64,000 bases of DNA from Eledone cirrhosa (GCA_964016885.1 OZ024755.1:14880001-14944000); one strand, 5' to 3'; counted from the first letter of the stretch, positions 1 through 21,350 are shown. Notes: generated from the letters alone by a model not told the origin. Numbers and translations are program-made.

Positions 1-31
<31 letters not shown>

Positions 32-1200
32 GTATATATAGATATATATGTATATATAGATATATATGTATATATAGATATATATGTATATATAGATATA
101 TATGTATATATAGATATATATGTATATATAGATATATATGTATATATAGATATATATGTATATATAGATATATATGTATATATAGATATATATGTATATA
201 TAGATATATATGTATATATATAGATATATATGTATATATATAGATATATATGTATATATAGATATATATGTATATATATAGATATATATGTATATATATA
301 GATATATATGTATATATAGATATATATGTATATATATAGATATATATGTATATATAGATATATATGTATATATAGATATATATGTATATATAGATATATA
401 TGTATATATAGATATATATGTATATATAGATATATATGTATATATAGATATATATGTATATATAGATATATATGTATATATAGATATATATGTATATATA
501 GATATATATGTATATATAGATATATATGTATATATATGTATATATAGATATATATGTATATATAGATATATATGTATATATAGATATATATGTATATATA
601 GATATATATGTATATATAGATATATATGTATATATAGATATATATGTATAGATATATATGTATATATAGATATATAGATATGTATAGATATATATGTATA
701 TATAGATATATATGTATATATAGATATATATGTATATATAGATATATATGTATATATAGATATATATGTATATATAGATATATATGTATATATAGATATA
801 TATAGATATATATAGATATATAGGTATATATAGATATATATGTATATATAGATATATATGTATATATAGATAGATAGATATATATGTATATATAGATAGA
901 TAGATATATATGTATATATAGATATATACGTATATCTATATAGATATATATGTATATATGTATATCTATATAGATATATATGTATATCTATATAGATATA
1001 TATGTATATCTATATAGATATATATGTATATCTATATAGATATATATGTATATCTATATAGATATATATGTATATCTATATAGATATACATATATATCTA
1101 TATATGTATATATGTATATATATGTATATATAGATATGTATGTATATATAGATATGTACAGTAGTATATATATATATATACATACATGTACACATATATA
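1..1200. repeat. TA-derived minisatellite, 18-bp unit TATATAGATATATATGTA, decaying rightwards
   Basis: Dozens of exact tandem units are visible directly; translates as (YIDIYV)n in the ORF track. Confidence 0.97.
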
Positions 1201-1521
1201 TATATGCACGTATCGGTTTACCGAACATTTATTATAATGCTCGGTTTGTTTGTTTGTAAACAAACAAACAGCCTGAATTACACCGTACAGTGTTTAGGCA
1301 ACCACGTCACCTTTTTGTTCAACACTGACACATACAATATAGGTATACGATACTGACGATAGCTAATAAGCTTAAAACTAGTACATCGTTCCTGTGTCAG
1401 TGTTGAATAAAAAGGTGACGTCGTTGCTTAAATACTGTACGGCGTAATTCGGGCTGTTTGTTTGTTTACAAACAAACAAACCGAGCATTATAATAAATGT
1501 TCTGTAAACCGATACGTGCAT

Positions 1522-1525
<4 letters not shown>
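1201..1525. mobile_element. Fold-back element in (TA)n, ~130-bp inverted arms around a ~60-bp loop; probable non-autonomous Penelope-like derivative
   Basis: 1201-1332 is the near reverse complement of 1393-1525 (atgcacgtatcggtttac... / ...gtaaaccgatacgtgcat); the loop holds a hammerhead-like motif. Confidence 0.8.
1347..1389 (+). ncRNA. Degenerate type I hammerhead ribozyme
   Basis: acgata-CTGACGA-t-agct/aata/agct-t-AAAA-ctag-TA-catcgt: helix I acgat/atcgt, helix II agct/agct, palindromic helix III actagt; GAAA box mutated to AAAA. Confidence 0.65.
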
Positions 1526-1588
<63 letters not shown>

Positions 1589-2618
1589 TATCCCCCTATT
1601 TCATATCTGGGAATTAGGCAAGAATTCAAGCCCCATTTATAAACCGAGGCAGCTAAACAACACATGTTTTAGATGGCATATATATATAAGCTGATTCCGC
1701 CACCATTTTACCATCGTATATTTTGTCACACATTTCCCGGCTTATATTCCAGTACATACAGTGTATTTTTTTCTGACTGCATAAATATTGATTTAATGAT
1801 CCGTTGCTTTCACCTTTAAGTGATACATATCTGTTGATTGTTCCCCTTTTCTATTTGATTTCCCTTGTCTCGACATTTCTTCATCGACTGTAATTTCCTG
1901 TTTGATAAGGTTTACTTGGATGTGTCCACGTATATCGAGGAACATTCTTCATCACTTTGAAACTGACGTATTTTTGTCGGTGTCTTTACAACACCCCTTG
2001 ACGCTGTCCCACCGGACACAAAATGGGCAATTTTATCTTTATGTTGGAAACGTTTGTAACACAGCAACATTATCCCTGGAGTTTAAGAATCCATCGATCA
2101 ACGCATGAGAATCTGTTATACCTGATACTTTGTGATAACCTCATTTAATCCCTTATAATCACAATAGAAATGATTGGATATTTACTAGATTCTGTAGCTG
2201 CTACCTGCTGCTGCTGCTATAAATAATGTCTAAACTGCTATATGTGGCAGTTTTGACAGTAGATGTCAGTGAACTCTTATTGAAATAAAGCCTTCTATAA
2301 ACTGGAATGCCTCTAGGGTTATTCTTACTTTGCATAGAGAATGCATCTAAAATTAATGTTTCAATGGGAATATACATACATCACGTATGTACACATGTAA
2401 GTTTTCTCATCATTGTCAAAAGACCATGGATTTGACTGAAACATATATGTCGAATGAGTGGTTTTATAGAGTCGTTTTTGTACTTTATTGTTGAGGCGGA
2501 AATGCTGTATAATCAGGTGACGAAGCTAAGGATATTATTAGTTCTACAGGGATGGACAATTGAATTGACACCACTGGGGTGCGAAAATTTGGATGTGAAA
2601 CAGACATGCATCAAGATA

Positions 2619-2682
<64 letters not shown>

Positions 2683-2904
2683 GAATATTCTAACTTCTAA
2701 TCACCTCGGTCTTGTTTTAGAGTATGTTTTTTTTTCTGATTGGCAAACTACAAACCATGATTTAGTGGATCGATCACAATTTATCACTTCAATTTCATAT
2801 TCATGGAAATGGAAATGGAATAAAATTCAAAGTTATAGTTGAAATGAAATACTCACAGGCGCCTGATTAAAAACGATGGACCAACTAAGTCATCTGTGTA
2901 TATA

Positions 2905-3025
<121 letters not shown>

Positions 3026-3231
3026 ATACATACAGATGCGAGAAAAACCACAAACACTCCATCTCAACTCTACTTTCGAAAAGCATAAGAACTGTGAAAC
3101 CGGTAAATGAAACAAATAAATATTCTGAAAAAGACTCCAGTTACACAATTTCGATTTCATCTTTTATCCTTATACTTACACTCGTGTAGGACATCTCATT
3201 TTTTTCCATTTAAAAAAAAACCCTCATTTAC

Positions 3232-3268
<37 letters not shown>

Positions 3269-3989
3269 TTTAATATAGAATTGGCTTCTACAGGACTAGA
3301 ACTATTTCATTCGGGATAAATCATCATATATATATATATTGCATATAAATATTTAGTTTTCACTTATATAAACTAAGCGGGAGATATATTTATAGCGATT
3401 ATGTGTCAAAATGTCGTCTATGGTGGAAGAAATTCCGAATATGGTATTAGGAGACCTGAAAGTATGGATCATCGTTTGTGAATGTTGTTGTTTAGATCAG
3501 ACTTTCTCGATCTAGTTTTCATCTGTCTTTAAACGAACATTTTTGCGACGCCACCTCATTTGTTAACAGAAACCTGTCGTGTCATTATGCTGATATGGAG
3601 GAATTTTTCATCACGGTTAGCATTATATTACAAATTTATGGATTTGAATCACAGTTTTGTGTTTTGCGGAAATGAGGGCAATAATCAGCTAATAACAAGC
3701 GCTACTTTAGAATATAAGATATAAAAACAATTTCAATTTTATTCGTGACCCCTCTAAATGTTTATGTAACCCCTGCTTTGGAATGACCAAGTATTTACAT
3801 TCATATTGATCAGACATATGATCAAGGAATAGTTGTCAGGGAAACCCGAAATTCCAATCAAATTTCTGCCTGAATGATCCTTGAAATGTATGCGATTCAA
3901 ACACGAGATTCTAATCCGGCAGCTCTCGCTTTGCTGTCTACCTCAATATCTAAAAATACTGTGATATATCCCATAGTAGAGATAACGCA

Positions 3990-4285
3990 TTGAAACAAAA
4001 CACTTTAGCAATGCCACTGACTAACATACTAAAGATGCGTGGTTTGATTTCCGTCAAGCATCTGCCTCCATTTTTGTTCGTCTACATAGTGTTGTATTCT
4101 TCAGAAAAACACTTCATTTCACGTTGCTCCAGTACATTCAGCTGAAAATGAGTCCCAACAGTAGCTGGGGGTGTAACCCTGCGGTGGATCGGTGTCCAAT
4201 TCAGAAGGAAGACTTATACTCTCAACGGCACGGAAACCGAGATAAGAACTGGCCTGATGAGCCTCCTTTCTCAAGACAGACTATT
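3990..4285 (+). mobile_element. Old tRNA-derived SINE (family A)
   Basis: Degenerate B box (ggtttgatttcc ~4041), central cacttcatttcacgttgctccagt..cagctgaaaatgagt block also present in the 28-30 kb units, and a taaccctgcg..gaaaccg..gataag..ctgatg tail resembling widespread invertebrate SINE tails. Confidence 0.65.
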
Positions 4286-7200
4286 TTATAGGTAAGTACT
4301 CCCTAACTTATAGTTATCTGCAGTGTGGCAACAATATATTCAAATTTTGATATATAAATACGTATGCACGTTTTAAAAAATATATTTACATATATACATG
4401 TTTAGTCATCTAAACACGCATTCAAATATATTCCAAAATATATCCGCACAATCTCACACATCTAGACACACGCAATGTATATGACTATATAGTTGCCCAA
4501 ACGCCTATATCCCTATGCGTTTGTACTGTTACATATATGTTTATACGTGATAATATTTATCGGCTTCTCAGTGCGTATGAATGTTCATATTACTATAAGC
4601 GAGAGTATATGCACATATAACCACAACTTTACATACATTCATATATCAATAGTCCTTTAAAATATAAATAAATGGCTTTAGAATGTAAATTAGAATTTGA
4701 TGAAAGTTCGGTTTTTACTGCTACGTTTCATCATCCTCATTATTGTTGTTGTTGTTATTGTTATTATTATTATTATTATTATATTCTAGAATTGCCTGAA
4801 TATGTAAATCACTACCATTAGCAGTGTCTGCAAGTTCTCAGGAGCGCTGCTATGTCTTAGATGCTGGGCTTAAAGCTGACAAGCTTGCAGGAATATTGAA
4901 GCGGTAAGATGAAGGGGTGTTGAATGGAAAACATACAAAGAAACAATTAAAAGAAAATCCCATAAAAAAGTACGTGAAAAAAACCGCAAAAACGAAATAC
5001 AAAATCACGGGAACGGCCATTTTTATCCCGTTTTTCTTTCCTTTCAACCATTAGGATTCTGAATTCGAAGTCTTTTTTCTTTTTCTCAGCTATTTTCCGT
5101 CATTTTTGTTTGCGATTTTTTTATTGCGTATTTTTTGTGTACTGTTTACATATTTATTGTTTTTATTTTAATTTTATTACACTCGTGTAGTTGAAAACAT
5201 ATAAAATAATTTAAGGACAAGATAAGACAAGTACAATCAACAAAAAATGTTAATATTCGTTTTGTTTTACAAATTTTGCAATTATATTTTTTACATTAGA
5301 TTCTTCATTTACTTTTTACCACCTTTCTGTTTCTATCACTATTCACCTTCCCCCTTCTTCCTTTCTTTCTGTCACTCACTCTGTCTCTGATTCTGTTTCT
5401 TTTCTTTGTACTTCTTCCTCTTCTTCGTCAGTCGCATCATTCACCTCCCTGTTACGCTAATCAATTCACCTATATAAACATAATATAATCATAAATCAAT
5501 CGGTAACACAAAAATAAAATAATAAATACAACAAATCTAAATCAAAACAAAAAAGAAACCAAAGAAGGAAAGATTGAAAACAAATTAGAGAAGTGAAATT
5601 CCTCGACAAATCCTAATTTAGAAAGAAGTTAAACCATAAGGAAAACAGATTTAAGAAATGTTTATTGAGTTAAGTTTTATATCTCCCAATCTTTTAACCA
5701 TATGATGGAGAGTTGTTGCTTTTTATTAAGCCCTAGGCTAGAAAGTTTTGATATGCCTCGAAACTAGCACAATCCAGTCGTTGTATTAAAATAAGAATCT
5801 GTCCAGAACCACATACATACTCTCAGATAGATTCGTAATAACTGCGGTTAAATTGCTATCAAATGTTGGCGGTAAAAATGTTTTTGTCTATATATTCCAA
5901 GTCTTAATCTAGAATATACAAACCCTCATATATTTAGCATTTCGAAAGATTTTTAGGTTTAATATAGATGTAGTTCTTTTGCTAATTGATGGTGAATATA
6001 CTGGAATTATTTGTCAGGGTGGCCCATATAATGATCAGATGTAATGTATATGTAATCAATTAATTATACATGCACACAAACATACCATATAGGCAGACGC
6101 ATGTACACATCCACAGCACACAGACATGTAAGTATGCATGTATATATGCATATAAGTATGTACGTATGTATTTATGAATGTATGCATGCATGTATGAATG
6201 AATCAATGTATATATATATATTTCGTACGTATGTATGTATATATGCATGTGTGTATGCATTTATGTATGTTAATATGTATGCATCCGTGTAAGTACGTAC
6301 GTATGTAAATATATATGTAGGTATGTATGTGTGATTGTGTATGTGTCTGTCTGAGTTACTTTGCGCCCAAGACGACACACAAATAGTGTTCAGTAAATGC
6401 ACGTGCCCTTCTTCAATGGAAATCCAATAGCAAATTCTAAAGGATTATTTCTGGTGTTGCAAATGGGATGTTGAAATCTCAGTTGACTTGTATATTATAT
6501 TTCATGCGGATGTTATCAAAGACACTCAGTACAGCTCTTTTCACATTGGCAGGGTATGTGAATGTCTGATAAGATTTGAATTCAACTTTTGATTTGCATA
6601 TCAGACAAAGGGTTCTGCACTGTCATGCAGTGTGTATAGCAAGATGAATTCCCATTGCCTTGATGATCACTGCATTTTACGAAGTTAGAAATGTGACTCT
6701 ATTTGTAGAAATTTTCAGATTTGCGACAATTGATTCAACTATTCACTGGTGTTTGTCTACCACAAGACTGATTACTTATCTTTCAGGCGTAAAGAGAATG
6801 CTTCACAAGTCACCGAATGTTACGTCTAAGAGAGTCTTTTCGGATTACATTTTTTCCTTCATTTTTATATAGAAATTAATAACCATTTTCCTCCTTCCAG
6901 ACATGGTTCCTAACCTTTCGAATTCATTTATTATAAGCTGAGATGTTTGTAACATAATTCCAATTTAGTTTCCACTATTGAAACTATCCGTCATCGGCTC
7001 ATTATTTTGTAGAGTGGTCTCAAGGGATATCGATGACATTTACCAGGCAGCGGTTGACACTAACAAGAATCCTCTGAATAAAGAATGAGAACGATGATCA
7101 GAGCATTGTTTGGGTCTTGTACCTAGGTCTACAATGTTGTACATAACAGGCTTTTATCTTTGGAATAATAGTAGCTTAGTATAATGCAAGATTTAGAAGA

Positions 7201-8096
7201 AAACAGAATATGATTATCATCCATATGTAACTTTTCACATTTATACAGAATTATTATTCAAGTTTTGACTTTCTCTTTGTATACTTTTCCCGAATCTTTC
7301 TTTCAATATTTTCAATTAAACTTATATTTGTGCTGTAAATTTTGATTAAAAAAACCGCCTCAAACAGCCATTACTTGTATAAAACAAATGTGTATATACT
7401 ATAATGTTTATATTTATAAACAACAAATCCATCCTAACGTTATATATCACCAGCTTAATAATAAAGGCGTTGGTGGTATTACTCACCACTTTGATTATTT
7501 AGAAAATAATAGGCAATGGATTTCCTTAGAAATATGGTAAGAAAAGGTTTAGAAATATCTATAGATTTCATGTGAAAACAAACTGGCCGTTTATCTATAC
7601 AACGCTTAGTACATTTAAGTTGCCTCAAGCGCCTCTATGTTGCTATCTCCAAAAAGAAAAAAAAACATCGTAAGGTTTTCTCCATAAACGAGAAAGATTT
7701 TAAAGCATTGAAAGGAAAACACTGGTAGTGGTGTTAATTACCGCTATACTTCATCTAGGAACAGAAATAAATTCTTTATTTTATATACCAGGGAAATTCT
7801 ATAATAGATTACAACTGAATCCAGAGTGTATTGACAGGGTTCATTATCAAACAATCCTATTTCTTTCTTTCTTTCTCAGGCATGCTGTTTATGAATATAT
7901 TGTTAAATACAAAGCTTGAAACAAATTCCTCCTGATACTTACAAGAGCGCTTATGGAATTATTCAGTAATACCAATATCCTCTTGTGTCTGATATATATA
8001 TGTATAGAAATATACATTCATATGTATATCTATATACATATATATATTATAAAATAACAGGAGGCTGGACTGGTGTAATTCCTTAAAAGGTTTATT

Positions 8097-8154
8097 ATAC
8101 TATGATCATTTCAATGACCGGGTTCAGTATGAATCCGGTGACATCATCAGGTAT
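8097..8154 (-). ncRNA. Type I hammerhead ribozyme, intact core
   Basis: Minus strand: atac-CTGATGA-tgtc accgg attca tac tgaa c ccggt catt-GAAA-tgatca-TA-gtat, then AATAAA and ~45 nt to a TA tract; helix III is the palindrome atgatcat. Confidence 0.8.
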
Positions 8155-8199
8155 TCAAAATATACCAAAGGAATATAATAGACAAATTCCATAGGGCTG

Positions 8200-10835
8200 A
8201 AAATCAGAGACATGAGGGCGACCGAACAGTTAGCAGCTTCTATCCCGGTCGGCCGCCCTCAAGTCTGTGACACACTGATAGCACATATGAAGCAACTAAA
8301 AACAGTAATATGTGTCACATATAGGACGCCTGATACCCCCAGTCATGAGGATAGCCTCAGTAGCATAGAAGAGGTCCTTGACAAACTCGACCAGGGTCTC
8401 ACCATTCTACTGCTGGGAGACTTAAACCTGCCAAAGGGCCACCTCTTCCCTGGAATGACGTCAATAGAACAGAGACAGACGAAGTTCCTGCTGGCCCTCA
8501 CACACAGGCTGTTCATGGAACAAGCAGTACTCCTCCCAACAAGAGGCGAAAATGTCCTGGACCTCTGTTTTACAAACAACGAAGTGCTCATCCATAATGT
8601 AAAGGTGACTCCAACAATGTTCTTGGATCATAACTTAGTAGAACTAATGATATCTGGTCCGAGAGAACCTACAGAGACACAACCATCAAGAAGCACCGGG
8701 ACGTTATCCAGCCTTAACTTCTACAAGGCTAACTGGAAAAAGATCAAGAGAGAAATCCGGAAGCATACATGGAGCGAAAATACCGCCACACAAGACACCA
8801 AAACTTCATGACAACGATACACACTATATGCAAAAAGGGCCAACAGACACAAACATTTTATTCCTAGAAATAGGAAAATCCTTATGGGACGAAGAACCAA
8901 GCTCTCAAACCAGTTGAATGCACAACAAGAAAACAAAAACAAGAAGGAATCCTATTTGAAACGTGCACTACTTGACACAGCGATTGCACTCAAACTTTCC
9001 CATGAAAATGAGAGGGCAAAGAAAGAAAGCAGGGCCATAGAAAATATTAAAACAAAGCCTAAGGCCTTCTTTAAATTTGCAAAAGAGACTGCCTCGGTAC
9101 ACTGCAAGATTGGGCCACTCTTCCATACAGACGGTTCATTAACCGAGAATCCCCAAGAGATATGTGAAATACTGAACGAACAGTACAAAAGTAGTGTGTT
9201 CACATGTCCACAACAAAGCCAGAGGAGTTATTTGATGCCACAACACTACATGAAGATATGGCGACCATTAACTACATAGACATAACGGAGGAGGATGTGG
9301 TATGCGCCGCAGATGAAATTAGAACAGACTCAGCTGCTGGACTCCCAGTAGTCCTCTTAAAAGCGTGTAAGCGGGCCTTAGCAACTCCACTGAAGATGCT
9401 CCTGGGCTAGCAGTATACTACCCAGGGAGCTGAAAAAAGGCACGATATGCCCTATCCATAATGGAGGTAGTAGAGTGTAGGCCAAAAATTATAGGCCAGT
9501 CTCCCTGACTTCGCATATCAGTAAGGTGATGGAGCGAGTTGTCAGAAAGAAACTGATCACTTTTTTCGAGGAGCATGGCTTTCGCCCAGGAAGAAGCTAC
9601 CTTACACAGCTGCTACATCACAACAACTGCTAGACAGCTCACATGTGGACGTGATATATCTTGACTTTGCGAAGGCCTTTGACAAGGTCGACCACGGAAT
9701 GATATGTCACAAACTACACGGACTCGGCATAACTGGAAAAGTAGGTGAGTGGTTGCATGACTTATTAAAGGACAGAAGCAGCAAACGGGGGCCTTTCAAA
9801 GGAAACATTTATAACAAGTGGAGTGCCCCAAGGGACAGTTCTGCGACCACTACTGTTTTTGGTGGCTCTCTCAGACATTCCCTCTGTAGTACATACAACA
9901 ACATCCCTCACTAGCTATGTTGATGACACTAAGGTAGCACAAGCAATCAAAAACCCGGCTGACGCTACCCTTTTACAACAAGATTTGATGCCATATACAA
10001 ATGGGCGGAAGAAAACATGCAGATTAATGCTGGCAAATTCCAAGCCCTACAATACGAACCTGCAAACACAAATACAGTACAACACAGTTACGCAGGACCA
10101 CGAGGGACCGTTATCCCCGTGTCAAAATCGATACGAGACCTGGGTATAGACATGAGCGATGATGCATCTTTTTCCTCACACATCATGAAAGTGGCGACAA
10201 TGTACAGACGACTCGCTGGCTGGATCTTGAGGACTTTCCGGACAAGAGACCGTGGCACCATGTTGACACTATGGAGGACATTTTTCCTAAGCCGCCTGGA
10301 CTATTGCTCCCTGTTGGTGTCACCCCATAGTGTCAAACTAACCACGGATCATGAGGCGATCCACCAAGGGGATTGCACGATGAAGGAGAAAATCTACTGG
10401 GAGAGGCTAAAATAACTAAACCTCTACTCCTTGGAACGAAGACGTGAGAGATACGCAGTGATCTACATGTGGAAAATCCTGGAGGGACTAGCACCAAATT
10501 TTGGCATTAGGAGCTGGAGCAACCGTTGAACAGGACGTCACTGTGTGGTGCCAAATTTCCCGTCTTCCACATTTAGAATAAGGAGCAGATACTGTAATAG
10601 CCTGGGTTTCAAGGGCCCTCAACACTTCAACAAGCTGCCGAGGGATCTGAGAGATCTGCATGGTGTGGAGGTCGATGTCTTCAAGAAACATCTCGACACC
10701 TTGCTATCCAGGATCCCGGATGAGCCCACAGCAAGGCATAAGCGAAACCTAAGGGCAGCAGCAACAAAATCCCTCTTACACCAGTGGCCAACCAATACAG
10801 GCTGCAGATAAAATGTGTAGCAACAAGGGCGGTAA
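8200..10835 (+). mobile_element. Decayed CR1-group (jockey-like) LINE ORF2: AP endonuclease plus reverse transcriptase, many frameshifts
   Basis: Motifs in correct order: LLLGDLNLP, PTRGENVLDLCFTN, DHNLV; NYRPVSLTS, YLDFAKAFDKVDH, PQGTVL.PLLFL, YVDDTK, RDLGI, YWERLK..L.SLERRR, FKKHLD..L..IPDEP; ends in (TA)n. Confidence 0.93.
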
Positions 10836-10839
10836 AAAA

Positions 10840-10964
10840 AATATATATATAAGTATATACATGTATATATATATATATGTATATATGTATATATATATAT
10901 GTGTATATATATATATGTATATATATACATATATATATATTCATACATTTATATATATATATAC

Positions 10965-11018
<54 letters not shown>

Positions 11019-11125
11019 GTGTGTATATATATATTCATACATATATATGTATATATATATATTACATATATATATTACATATATATATATATATTACATA
11101 TATATATATTACATATATATATTAC

Positions 11126-11178
<53 letters not shown>

Positions 11179-11403
11179 TATACATATATATACATATATA
11201 CATATATATACATGTACATATATATATACATATATATATATACATATATATACATATATATGTATATACATATACATATATATACATATATATGTATATA
11301 CATATACATATATATACATATATATACATGTATATACATATATACATATATATAGATATATATAGACATATATATACATATGTATATATATACATATATA
11401 TAC

Positions 11404-11434
<31 letters not shown>

Positions 11435-11525
11435 CATATACATATATATACATATATATACATATATATACATATATATACATATATACATATATATACA
11501 TATATACACATATATACATATATAC

Positions 11526-11558
<33 letters not shown>

Positions 11559-11565
11559 CATATAT

Positions 11566-11600
<35 letters not shown>
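10840..11600. repeat. (TA)n microsatellite with G then C interruptions
   Basis: Direct inspection. Confidence 0.95.
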
Positions 11601-11742
11601 GATAAATCTACCAAGAGTTTACGGTAGTGTCCAATCCGTATGAAGAACTCAATGTAATCCGGATATCATGGAAAGAAGAGATGCAATGAAAAATCACTTT
11701 CGGTGAAAGATAAACGGAATACAGAGTCAAGATAAAATATTT

Positions 11743-12000
11743 AAAAAATAATGAATAAAACAATGAAACAGTTCCTTATATTAAACAAAAAAAGTTCATT
11801 ATTTAACGATCGTTTCTAGGATATATATGTGTTAGAATTGGCATGCATATTCAACAGATCTATGTACAAAATTATACAAAATTATACAAACTATCAAAAT
11901 TAAATATACATACCAAACACATATATATGCCGTCTTCAGAAATCATTTCTTTTTTTGTTTAATATAAGGAACTGTTTCATTGTTTTATTCATTATTTTTT
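11743..12000. mobile_element. Fold-back element, 52-bp perfect inverted arms enclosing a hammerhead
   Basis: 11743-11794 aaaaaataatgaataaaacaatgaaacagttccttatattaaacaaaaaaag is the reverse complement of 11949-12000. Confidence 0.8.
11798..11946 (-). ncRNA. Type I hammerhead ribozyme with ~115-nt extended helix II
   Basis: Minus strand: atgattt-CTGAAGA-cggcatatatatgtgtt...aacacatatatatccta-GAAA-cgatcg-TT-aaataat; helix III palindrome acgatcgt. Confidence 0.7.
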
Positions 12001-12002
12001 TT

Positions 12003-13822
<1,820 letters not shown>

Positions 13823-13824
13823 TA

Positions 13825-14290
13825 TATTTACGAGGTTTTGCCTGTGCGTGCTATTGTTCTCTACGCTCCACATATGACTTATTATCTTCGTTCATTGCCA
13901 GAGAACGACTCTATGCACCACCTAAGAGAACATTAGTCTACGACCTCTTTTATACCATAAACGTGGTTCTGTCTTTGCGCTTAATTGTTTTTCACCGCTC
14001 CTATTAATGACGTATTATTCGTTTTTTCACGTCCTTTGCCAGCGAACGTTTCCACGAACCAAAGTATCGTCTTCCTGTCTTCCTCCGGTTGCAACGTTTT
14101 TTGAAATATCCAGTTCTGCGTTTACAGATTGACTTTGTTAGTTTCAGAAGATCCAGTTAAGGGTGAAAGCAGCGATTCTTTGCTTAAACTTTAATCTGTT
14201 ATTTAATAAATATTTGCTCTACGGTTCTTATATATTTATCCTTATCGAGCCCTCTTTGGATTTTAGTCTTCAATTTTATTATTATTACTA
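13825..14290 (+). mobile_element. Interspersed repeat end (Penelope-like) with hammerhead remnant; tail related to 56100-56235
   Basis: 14203-14290 (aataaatatttgctcta.ggttcttatata..tttatccttatcgagccctctttg.attttagtcttca...ttattattattacta) recurs inverted at 56100-56200. Confidence 0.7.
14140..14190 (+). ncRNA. Degenerate type I hammerhead ribozyme
   Basis: agttt-CAGAAGA-tcc agttaa gggt-GAAA-gca gcgattctt tgc-TT-aaact; all three helices pair, core U4 changed to A; AATAAA ~15 nt downstream. Confidence 0.65.
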
Positions 14291-20470
<6,180 letters not shown>

Positions 20471-21077
20471 CAGGTCACCAGTTGGTGCTACTGGTAACAT
20501 GTATCCCAGTACAACCTGTCTCATGGTCGGGTCGTTGGCGACTAAACTGGCAACCCCACCAAGGTTTCTTGGTGAGGAGGGTGACTTTGGACATCCTGCA
20601 GGACTAAAAACAAAACCTGTCAAAGGGCAAGGGAGCTCTTAAGAGTCAATAGCCATCCAAAATCACCGGGAGAGATGACCCCTTAGCCTTTGTCAAGGCA
20701 GAATTCTAGGAGAAGGAAAACTCTGATATAACACCTGCAACCCTGATGGTATCCAATGATGTTGACTTGTTCTTCTTTTTGGCAAATATCATCTTGGTTA
20801 AGAGAGTGGGACTGGCTTTGTGCAGTGCCTTTGCTCACTATAAAAGCTTCACAGCACAGGCATTGCTTTATATCTGGAGATCTCTCTACACTTGTCGTCA
20901 CATGGTACCATGGGCCCAGCACTATGTGTCAATAATTGTCACAAGTGTAGTGTTTGTACCAGAGTTTTCAAGTCGCTGGCTGGACTAAAAAGTCACATTC
21001 GTTCAGCGCATTGGTAGGGGTTCTCCTACATGGATATAAAGTAGTGGCCGTACTCGAAAACGAGTTGGCAGCCACCA
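20471..21077 (+). mobile_element. Non-autonomous, internally deleted RTE-clade retroelement (~610 bp), copy 1
   Basis: Highly similar to the inverted copy at 40252-40862; 20937-21017 encodes [26 protein letters not shown], the C2H2 finger typical of RTE ORF2 C-termini; structured 5' leader; no RT motifs in between. Confidence 0.8.
20472..20550 (+). ncRNA. Candidate degenerate HDV-like ribozyme at the element 5' end
   Basis: P1 aggtcac/atggtcg (imperfect), J1/2 hairpin ccagt..actgg, P2 ccagt/actgg, P3-L3 aca-acctgt-ctc (imperfect), J1/4 GG, P4 tcg-ttgg-cga, J4/2 CTAA. Confidence 0.55.
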
Positions 21078-21350
21078 TATATATATATATGTATGTATAT
21101 ATATGTATATATATATATGTATGTATATATATGTATATATATATATGTATATATATATGTATGTATATATATGTATATATATATATGTATGTATATATAT
21201 GTATATATATATATGTATATATATATATGTATATATATATATGTATATATATATATGTATATATGTATATATATATATGTATATATATATATGTATATAT
21301 ATATATGTATATATATATATGTATATATATATATGTATATATATATATGT

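Noticed and set aside
1700-2110. Possible piggyBac transposase relic on the minus strand (EITVDEEM, QY, MCD)
   Set aside because: The matches are too short and fragmented to support without a profile search.
3430-3790. Possible hAT transposase C-terminal or terminal relic
   Set aside because: Only faint resemblance, with no convincing motif run.
4225-4265. GAAA...CTGATGA as a permuted hammerhead
   Set aside because: Helices I and III cannot be formed, and the motif lies in a SINE tail.
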